Origin: a virus
Lineage: Duplodnaviria > Caudoviricetes
Length of the DNA: 64,000 nt
Virus record (IMG/VR): IMGVR_UViG_3300028864_000017
Reading direction: 5' to 3' (one strand)
Shown here: positions 56,952 to 64,000 of the stretch, in pieces
How the letters are laid out: each line of letters opens with the position of its first letter
Numbering within the stretch: position 1 is the stretch's first letter
Translations under genes and position numbers: made by a program
The notes under the pieces: generated by a model
Seen by the model: the letters and a program-made list of their open reading frames with translations, nothing else
Database searches by the model: none
Told to the model about the DNA's origin: nothing

Positions 56952-58991
56952 ATGAGTTATATTAAAATTAAAAAAATACTTAAAGATGATGTTGAAACTC
57001 CAGAGAAAGGTTATATTTATTTTGGATATGAAGATACAACAGTAAGTAGTGGAAGTACTAAAGGATTTTGGATAAAAGATGATGATGGTAGTGAAGCATC
57101 ATATATATTGGAAGGATATTCAAATGCCCCAATTATTTCAGATTTTGATCCTACAAGTGCATATAATGGTGATTTGATAACAATATATGGAATAAATTTT
57201 GTTAAAAATACAGTTGCATCTTTTAGCGGAATAACAGGAGTAACAACATTAGTTTCTCCTAATCAATTAAATGTTGTAATACCTGATCTTACTAATTATG
57301 ACAATGAAGTTGAAGTGGTATTAAAATCTCCATTAGCGACAGGTCCATCAGCAAAATATAAAGTATTTAAACAAAATAATAAACCTATAATAACAATAAG
57401 TCCTACTAGCGCAGATATAAATTCTACTATAACAATAGAAGGATTATATTTCATACCTGGAAAAACAGAGTTATTTTTTGTACCAGTAACTCATGCAATT
57501 ACTACTGTTATTAGTTCAACAAAATTAACTGCTATAGTACCATTATTAACACTTGGTCTTACTCAATTATATCTTCAAACAGATCTTGGATTGATAAATC
57601 CTGGACAAAGTTTATTTGCAAACATAATAATTAACAATGGAACAATTCCTTTATTTGAAAGTTTTTATCCATCATCTGCAAGTCAAGGTGGATATGTAGA
57701 TATATTTGGAGCAAATTTTGATGTCTCAACTACATTAGTTCATATTGGTCCTACTCAATCATCAAAAATAACTTTTATAGATTCTGGACATATAAGAGCA
57801 GATATTTCAAATGATACTCCTATTGGAGATACAATAATTAGAGTTGATGAAATATCAAAATCTGGATTTACAGTTTATGGATCTACTAGTACTCTAATTC
57901 CAACTATAACAAATATAAATCCATCAGTTTATCCAGGTAATACAGTAATTCTAACAGGAACTAATTTAAATGTTCCTTTGACTATTACATTTAGTGGAGT
58001 TATATGTAAATCAACACCTATAAATTTCAATTCTTGTTCGATTTATATAGGAACTGATGTTACGCCAGGTATAAATAGCGTTATAGTAATTAACAAATAC
58101 GGATCATCATTACCATATTCATATAATTTACTAACAATTGGAAATTTATCATTAAGTAGTTTTAGTTCTACACATATGAAAAGAGGACAGCATTCAATAG
58201 GTGTATATGGCACTGGATTTATAAACAGTCCATCAATGAGTGTTTATGTAGGAAATGTATTATCAAGGTTTTCATATAATAGTCCAACAGCATTAACAGT
58301 CCAGATATTAAATTCTACATCAACTAATGACACAATACCAACTGGTAATGTTGATATTAGAGTAGAAAGTATAAACGGTAATTATACATTAAATGGTTTC
58401 ACTGTTGATACAACAAATCAACCTATAATATCAAAAATAAGTCCTATATTTGGAAAATATGGTGATTCTATTGATATATATGGTAGTCTATTATCAGGAG
58501 GACTTATTAGTTTTGGAACATCTTATCCAGGTACTTATGGTGTAACATCTACAATAGATAATAGTCATTTAAAAGTAATTGTACCATCTGGACTAACAAC
58601 TTCAGGTATGAATGAAATAATGAATGTTTATGCAACAACATCTAATGGTTCTATAACATATTCACCGTTTGAATCTTATATACAAGCGACATCAGCTCCA
58701 TCTATTTTAAGTTTTACTCCAATGGATGTCACAGGATCTACTTCATCAAAAGGAACATTAATTACCATATCAGGACAAAATTTTTCTAAATATTATACTG
58801 ACGCTTACATTAGTATAGCGCCATCTGGTAATCTTAAATATATATATTTAGATTCACAAGAATATATATCTGACACAGAAATAAGAGGTATTATTCCTAA
58901 AACGTTAGGATATATTGGCTCATCAATTATTAAAGTTGTAACATCTGCAGGTGTTGATCAAGAAGCGAATTTATATATATCAAAACTATAA
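56952..58991 (+). CDS. IPT/TIG (Ig-like) repeat protein, probable virion decoration/fibre
   Basis: about 7 repeats of P.I..(F/I).P..A..G..(I/V)TI.G.NF. Confidence 0.85.
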   Translation: MSYIKIKKILKDDVETPEKGYIYFGYEDTTVSSGSTKGFWIKDDDGSEASYILEGYSNAPIISDFDPTSAYNGDLITIYGINFVKNTVASFSGITGVTTLVSPNQLNVVIPDLTNYDNEVEVVLKSPLATGPSAKYKVFKQNNKPIITISPTSADINSTITIEGLYFIPGKTELFFVPVTHAITTVISSTKLTAIVPLLTLGLTQLYLQTDLGLINPGQSLFANIIINNGTIPLFESFYPSSASQGGYVDIFGANFDVSTTLVHIGPTQSSKITFIDSGHIRADISNDTPIGDTIIRVDEISKSGFTVYGSTSTLIPTITNINPSVYPGNTVILTGTNLNVPLTITFSGVICKSTPINFNSCSIYIGTDVTPGINSVIVINKYGSSLPYSYNLLTIGNLSLSSFSSTHMKRGQHSIGVYGTGFINSPSMSVYVGNVLSRFSYNSPTALTVQILNSTSTNDTIPTGNVDIRVESINGNYTLNGFTVDTTNQPIISKISPIFGKYGDSIDIYGSLLSGGLISFGTSYPGTYGVTSTIDNSHLKVIVPSGLTTSGMNEIMNVYATTSNGSITYSPFESYIQATSAPSILSFTPMDVTGSTSSKGTLITISGQNFSKYYTDAYISIAPSGNLKYIYLDSQEYISDTEIRGIIPKTLGYIGSSIIKVVTSAGVDQEANLYISKL

Positions 58992-59010
58992 TAAAAATAT
59001 AAAATAATTA

Positions 59011-59050
59011 AAAAAAATAACTTGTAATATTTATTACAAGTTATTTTTTT
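59011..59050. terminator. long intrinsic terminator (18-bp arms including A/T tracts)
   Basis: aaaaaaataacttgtaat-attt-attacaagttattttttt. Confidence 0.85.
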
Positions 59051-59079
59051 TAAACATATTAATATTTTTTACATACAAT
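59051..59079 (+). promoter_or_regulatory. putative phage promoter TAAACA-N17-TACAAT
   Basis: exact 17-nt spacer upstream of the three-GT operon. Confidence 0.55.
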
Positions 59080-59101
59080 AAATAAATAAATAGAAATAAT
59101 A

Positions 59102-60013
59102 ATGAAAATATTAGTAGCAACTTTTGATCATAATTATTATTTGTGGCAAGTACTTGTACAGATAAATAATTTTATGAAATATGGATATGATAATGATACA
59201 ATTTATGTAGTATCAACTTCAAATCCTAGTCCAATTTTAAAATCATTAATGAATAATGAAAAAATAAAATCTAAATTCTTCATTTATAACGATGAAAGAG
59301 TAAATCCAAAATATCCATCATCATTAAGACCTCACATATTAGAAAAATTATTCATTGAACATCCTGAATATAATAATGAAACATTTTTTTATTGTGATCC
59401 AGATATGATTTTCACAAAAAAATTAGATTTCACGGATATGGTGAATGATAATAAATGGCATTTGAGTGATACTAGGTCTTATATTGATACCATGTATATA
59501 AAAAGTAAGAGTGAACAATTGTTTAATGAAATGTGTGAAATATCTAAAGTAAAACCAGAAGATATTGTAGCAATTGATAATAATGCAGGAGGAGCACAAT
59601 ATTTAATGAAAGGAATAAATTCTGATTATTGGAAAAAGGTGTATGATGATAGTGAAAATTTATATTCTCATATGAAAAACACAGAAAGTATATATAATCC
59701 TGAACATCCTATTCAATCATGGACATCTGATATGTGGGCAGTTTTATGGAATGCCGTTTATTATAATCATGAAGTCGAGATTAATAAAGATTTAGAATTT
59801 AGTTGGGCTACTGATAATATAAAAAGATGGGACGAAACTTATATTTTTCACAATGCTGGAATAGTAGGCAAAAGTGATACACATTTTAGCAAAATTGAAT
59901 ATCAAGTTTCTCCATTCAATAAAGAAATAAAAGTTGATAATGATAATTGTACATATAATTATGTGAAAGAAATAAAAGAAACAGAAGAAAATTTTAAAGA
60001 TATAATCTGGTAA
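59102..60013 (+). CDS. GT-A glycosyltransferase resembling peptide O-glycosyltransferases (GT95 HPAT / GT96 SGT1-like)
   Basis: YPSSLRPHIL, FFYCDPDMIF (DxD), GGAQY, WTSDMWA. Confidence 0.6.
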   Translation: MKILVATFDHNYYLWQVLVQINNFMKYGYDNDTIYVVSTSNPSPILKSLMNNEKIKSKFFIYNDERVNPKYPSSLRPHILEKLFIEHPEYNNETFFYCDPDMIFTKKLDFTDMVNDNKWHLSDTRSYIDTMYIKSKSEQLFNEMCEISKVKPEDIVAIDNNAGGAQYLMKGINSDYWKKVYDDSENLYSHMKNTESIYNPEHPIQSWTSDMWAVLWNAVYYNHEVEINKDLEFSWATDNIKRWDETYIFHNAGIVGKSDTHFSKIEYQVSPFNKEIKVDNDNCTYNYVKEIKETEENFKDIIW

Positions 60014-60028
60014 AAAATAAAAAATTAA

Positions 60029-60784
60029 ATGAATATAGGAATAGTTGTATTAGCTACAAATGCTTATTTTGTGTTAGGAATAAGATTTATTAAAAGATTT
60101 ATGAATTTTTACAAAGGTGATAAAAACATCACCTTCTATTTTTTCTCGGATAATAATCCAAAAAATTATATACCTGATAATATTGATGTTGAATATTTTC
60201 ATGTGACTAATAATAATTGGGTAGATGGAACAAACTTAAAATTTACATCTATATTATCAATTAAAGATAAATTAAAAAGTGATTATCTATTTTATTTTGA
60301 TGCTGATACTAATGTAAATAAAGATTTTATTGAAGATTGGTTTATTGGAGATTTAGTTGGTGGTCAGCATTATGGAGATCAAGATTGGATGAAAAATGAA
60401 AAATCATTTGATAGAAATCCATCATCAAAAGCATATGTACCATTTGATACTAAATTATCACAAATGTATTTTTATGGTGCATTTTTTGGAGGTAATTCTA
60501 ACAATATGATAAATTTTTGTGAAACTATGAGATATTATCAATTAGAAGATAAAAAAATACCTTATGAGCCTGGTGTGAATGATGAAAGTTATATCAATAG
60601 ATATTTTCATTTTAATCCACCTACAAAAGTAGTATTATGTCCAGATTTTTCATTTGTAATTAGTGATAAAGGTGGTATTGGTGAAACTAGAGATATAAAT
60701 TTGAATATCGAAGAACTCAAAAAAGAATTATTAATAAATAAAAATAACTCTATTGATATACAGAGTAATAAATTAATTTTATGA
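60029..60784 (+). CDS. GT6-family (ABO/alpha-1,3-Gal(NAc)-type) glycosyltransferase
   Basis: IGIVVLATNAY..F..RF..FY, YFFSD, YLFYFDAD, YFYGAFFGG, NDESYINRYF. Confidence 0.85.
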   Translation: MNIGIVVLATNAYFVLGIRFIKRFMNFYKGDKNITFYFFSDNNPKNYIPDNIDVEYFHVTNNNWVDGTNLKFTSILSIKDKLKSDYLFYFDADTNVNKDFIEDWFIGDLVGGQHYGDQDWMKNEKSFDRNPSSKAYVPFDTKLSQMYFYGAFFGGNSNNMINFCETMRYYQLEDKKIPYEPGVNDESYINRYFHFNPPTKVVLCPDFSFVISDKGGIGETRDINLNIEELKKELLINKNNSIDIQSNKLIL

Positions 60785-61638
60785 TAAAAATATATTCAAT
60801 TCATTATATTAAGCCAGAATTTGTTGAGTTACAATATCATCAATTCAAAAAAAATTGTAATGATGAATATGAACTAATAATTGTAAATAATGCATTTGAT
60901 GATAACACAAAAAATAGTATTATTGATATTTGTAAAAAATTTAATATAAATAGCATTAAAATAACTGATAATAATAGTGAAAAATTTACATCACAATCTC
61001 ATTTTTTTGCATTAGAATATATTTTACAAAATTACATAAAAATAGATGATACTAATAATATAAGTGTTATTTTAGATTGCGATGTTTTTCCTTTTAAAAA
61101 ATTTAGTTTTATTGATATATTAAATGGTAAAAAAATTTGTGGATTATATCAACAAAGAAATATTAATAATACATCATATGAATATTTATCTGCAATATTT
61201 ACAATATTTCATAATGATATAGATTTATCTAATTTCACTTTTAATGGAATTGCGGATACTGGATCTGGAACAAATATATTAATGAAAAAATATAGCACAG
61301 AGTTAGTTATACACACAGCAGCAATAGATATTGAATCCGATTATATATTTACTAATAATAAATTGGAATATCCATATAAACAAGAATATAGATGTCAATT
61401 TATAAGTAATGAATTCATACACTATTATAGAGGTTCAAATTGGTCAGAATCTGATGAGAATTATCACAATAAAAAAAATTTATTTTTGTTAAATTTTATA
61501 AATAATTATAATATTTACAAATTAAATTTAGATGATGTTGTATTATATGATACTGCTCATAGTGACAAAGGACTTAACGGAGTTGATCACAATTATAATA
61601 ATTACAGATATATCGAAAAAATGAAAAATGAAAAATGA
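60781..61638 (+). CDS. GT-A fold glycosyltransferase-like protein
   Basis: YELIIVNN, SHFFALE, VILDCDVFP (DxD), DTG, FIHYYRGSNW. Confidence 0.65.
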   Translation: MIKIYSIHYIKPEFVELQYHQFKKNCNDEYELIIVNNAFDDNTKNSIIDICKKFNINSIKITDNNSEKFTSQSHFFALEYILQNYIKIDDTNNISVILDCDVFPFKKFSFIDILNGKKICGLYQQRNINNTSYEYLSAIFTIFHNDIDLSNFTFNGIADTGSGTNILMKKYSTELVIHTAAIDIESDYIFTNNKLEYPYKQEYRCQFISNEFIHYYRGSNWSESDENYHNKKNLFLLNFINNYNIYKLNLDDVVLYDTAHSDKGLNGVDHNYNNYRYIEKMKNEK

Positions 61639-61660
61639 ATTAATTTCATTTTTCATTTTT
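61624..61660. terminator. bidirectional terminator-like inverted repeat
   Basis: aaaaatgaaaaatgaa-ttaat-ttcatttttcattttt. Confidence 0.7.
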
Positions 61661-61679
61661 ATTATAAATAGAATGAAAA

Positions 61680-62081
61680 TTATTTATATAATAACTGAAT
61701 TAAATTTTCAGTTAGAAAAGTAATCATTTTTTTACCTGGTTGTACTTCTACATCAGGAATTGATTTTATTATACTAAATTTATCATTTCCTTCAATTTTA
61801 AGCTCATCAATATATTTCTGAATATGTTCATCCTTTTCGTAATATGATTTCATTCCTTCTATTAATACTGTCAAATTTACACCCATCTTATTGTTATATT
61901 TAATGCACTGTAATTCATTCTCATCTTTTTCAATAAGAATGTACCACAATTTACTTTTACTAACCTTTATATTTTCTAAAAATGTATAAGCACTCTTAGC
62001 TTTAGTATTTCTAGGCATTTTAGCAACTTTACCAGTAAATTGTACTATTTTATCTTTATCATTCTCTTGATTATTCTCCAT
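61680..62081 (-). CDS. hypothetical protein
   Basis: ORF track, 133 aa. Confidence 0.75.
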   Translation of the reverse strand: MENNQENDKDKIVQFTGKVAKMPRNTKAKSAYTFLENIKVSKSKLWYILIEKDENELQCIKYNNKMGVNLTVLIEGMKSYYEKDEHIQKYIDELKIEGNDKFSIIKSIPDVEVQPGKKMITFLTENLIQLLYK

Positions 62082-62224
62082 TAAATATATTTATTTTTAT
62101 ACATCTATATATTAACATTAAAAGGTTCAATTTGTTTCAATTTTTGTTATATAAAAACATTTTTATATAAAATATAAAGATTATTTAATTTAACTATAAA
62201 TACTAAAATGAATCAGTTTTTAAA

Positions 62225-62253
62225 TAAACATTTGGACGAAATTATACTAAATA
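62225..62253 (+). promoter_or_regulatory. putative phage promoter TAAACA-N17-TAAATA
   Basis: exact 17-nt spacer upstream of the polymerase gene. Confidence 0.45.
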
Positions 62254-62304
62254 AATAAAAGTTCGTTGAAACTTTAATTGAAAATAAATTAAAATAAATA
62301 ATAT

Positions 62305-63786
62305 ATGCTTGTAGATTACGAATATAAAAATAACAATTTAATATTAAGTTTTATAAACTCCAAAGGTAATATTGAACTTAAATATTATCCTTGGGCTAGA
62401 CCAACAAAATTCATAAAAACTACTGATGATGATTCAGAAAAAAGTGGTAGATATGTAACCTGGGATGGCTCCTCAGTAAAGGAAATTTATTCAAAATATC
62501 CAAATCGTTATTCAGTTTATGATTTTATTGATAGTTTTGATAAAAAAGAAAGGGATGAAATTTATTCATATAATGAACCTGATATATTCTTTGTAGATAT
62601 AGAAAATGAGATATTAGACAAAAAACCTGAGCCTCATTTAGCTGAAAGTGCAATTCAAACAATTTCAATTGTAAATAAGAATAAAGTGTTAGTAATTGGT
62701 ACAGAACCATTAGATTCCAAACAAATTTTAAGTATAGAATCCGATTTGGTTACATACTTCAAAAAATTTGATATTGATTATAAATTTAAGTATATTCATT
62801 ATAAAACTGAATTTGATATGCTTCATGCATTTTTTAATAAATTAGTTCCAAAGATGGCTGTAATAACTGGTTGGAATTTCATTGGTTATGACTGGACATT
62901 CTTAGTTGCAAGAGCTAGAAAATTAGGACTTGAACCTGAGGTTGCATCATTCACAAGAAAACTTAATAAACCATTCAACCCACCAAATGCAATACATCCA
63001 GATTATTCTGAATTACCTGCTCATAGAGTTATTGTTGATTATATGGAATTATTTAAGAAATGGGATCAATCTGTTAAAGTTAAAGAAAGTTTATCACTTG
63101 ATTTTGCATCTGAAAAAATACTTGGTAAAGAGATTAAGAAAATTAACTATGATGGTGATTTAAAAAGATTACACAGAGAAGATTTTAAAAAATTCGTGTT
63201 TTATAATGCAGTAGATAGTTGTCTTGTACAAAGGATTCATGAAAAAATGAAATATGTAGACATTCTTTATGGTATGGCTGTATTAGGTAAAATTAAGATT
63301 AAAGATGCTATTTCTACTCTTGCTCTAACAGAAGGAATTTTAAGAGAGAAATTAAGAGATCAAAAAAATATTGTACTTGTAAGAAATGAAGATAGTGAAT
63401 ATGGAGACACAGAATCTGAAGCTATAAAAGGAGGATGGGTTAAAGATCCAGTAAGAGGTATGGCAACATGGACATGTTGTTTTGACTTTGCATCTCTATA
63501 TCCTACAACAATGAGGGAATTTAATATATCAGCAGATTCATATAAAGGACAAAAAGTAAAAGGAAAAGACTACTCAATTTTTAATGGACATCAATTAGAA
63601 ATTGATTCTGATGATATTGTTACTCTAAATGGTTCAGTATTTAAGAATGAAGACGGAGTTGTTACTCAAGTAATGGCTGAAGTATATTCAGATAGAAAAA
63701 AATGGAAGAAAGTAATGAATCAAAAGCACGAAGAACTTGAAAAATTAAAAGATGAATTAAAAAAATTAGAAGAAACTGCATTATAA
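62305..63786 (+). CDS. family-B DNA polymerase, N-terminal subunit of a split gp43-like enzyme
   Basis: ExoI VDIENE, ExoII GWNFIGYD, ExoIII YNAVD, motif A DFASLYP, RKKWKKVM; stops before motifs B (KxxxNSxYG) and C (DTDS). Confidence 0.88.
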   Translation: MLVDYEYKNNNLILSFINSKGNIELKYYPWARPTKFIKTTDDDSEKSGRYVTWDGSSVKEIYSKYPNRYSVYDFIDSFDKKERDEIYSYNEPDIFFVDIENEILDKKPEPHLAESAIQTISIVNKNKVLVIGTEPLDSKQILSIESDLVTYFKKFDIDYKFKYIHYKTEFDMLHAFFNKLVPKMAVITGWNFIGYDWTFLVARARKLGLEPEVASFTRKLNKPFNPPNAIHPDYSELPAHRVIVDYMELFKKWDQSVKVKESLSLDFASEKILGKEIKKINYDGDLKRLHREDFKKFVFYNAVDSCLVQRIHEKMKYVDILYGMAVLGKIKIKDAISTLALTEGILREKLRDQKNIVLVRNEDSEYGDTESEAIKGGWVKDPVRGMATWTCCFDFASLYPTTMREFNISADSYKGQKVKGKDYSIFNGHQLEIDSDDIVTLNGSVFKNEDGVVTQVMAEVYSDRKKWKKVMNQKHEELEKLKDELKKLEETAL

Positions 63787-63800
63787 GTAATAATAAAAAT

Positions 63801-64000
63801 ATGGTAATTCCAATATATTTAAAGCCAAAATTTAAAGTAGGAGATATAATTATATCATTATTTGATATTAATTTAGAATATTATCGTTTCACTCCTTATC
63901 ATGAATTTACAATAATTAGTCATAATGATGAAGATGGTTATACAATTAAAGATAACGAATTAGGAATAGAATTAGTAGTAGATTCACATTATAAAAAAAA
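63801..64000 (+). CDS. hypothetical protein (partial, runs off window)
   Basis: MVIPIYLKPKFKVGDIII...; not polymerase-like. Confidence 0.55.
   Translation, partial: MVIPIYLKPKFKVGDIIISLFDINLEYYRFTPYHEFTIISHNDEDGYTIKDNELGIELVVDSHYKK

Noticed and set aside
50361-58991. Diversity-generating retroelement acting on the LRR or Ig-like proteins
   Set aside because: No reverse transcriptase, and no template/variable repeat pair differing at adenines was seen in this window.
555-63163. Numerous short opposite-strand or out-of-frame ORFs in the track (e.g. 555-764, 8436-8639, 19899-20111, 51506-51772, 62930-63163)
   Set aside because: They overlap well-supported genes and show no motifs or expression signals.
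1-64000. Stop-codon reassignment as seen in some large Bacteroidota phages
   Set aside because: Long conserved genes read through intact in the standard code, coding density is high, and TAA, TGA and TAG all end genes.
1-64000. tRNA, rRNA, integrase, transposase, intron or intein
   Set aside because: No cloverleaf-like or rRNA-like segments, recombinase motifs or insertion sequences were recognised; intergenic gaps are short and AT-rich.

Overview
64 kb of a very AT-rich, densely coding genome. It is best read as a large T4-like (jumbo/huge) bacteriophage of a Bacteroidota host. Host evidence: TAnnTTTG promoters, a Bacteroides-type OmpA, a PID-CTERM-like sorting tail and no visible Shine-Dalgarno motifs. 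Recognisable genes: single-chain type IIA topoisomerase, Dam methylase, ThyA, UvsY-like and UvsW, the N-terminal half of a split family-B DNA polymerase, a glutamine-dependent NadE-like enzyme, a gp14-like neck protein, several large virion/fibre proteins and five glycosyltransferase genes. Most interesting inference: a phage-encoded virion O-glycosylation system. TibC/AAH-like, GT95/96-like and GT6 enzymes sit beside structural proteins carrying about 55 copies of an [S/T]-G-x-T motif that is absent from the window's enzymes (hand counts). About 40 small proteins also fall into two mutually exclusive tag classes. One has an N-terminal MKY(L/I)KKFE-type leader and/or a C-terminal K(F/Y)N(I/L) tail, suggesting packaged cargo, and includes two ADP-ribosyltransferase-like proteins. 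The other has an RxxKLxx(L/I) helix. All calls are by eye, without database searches.
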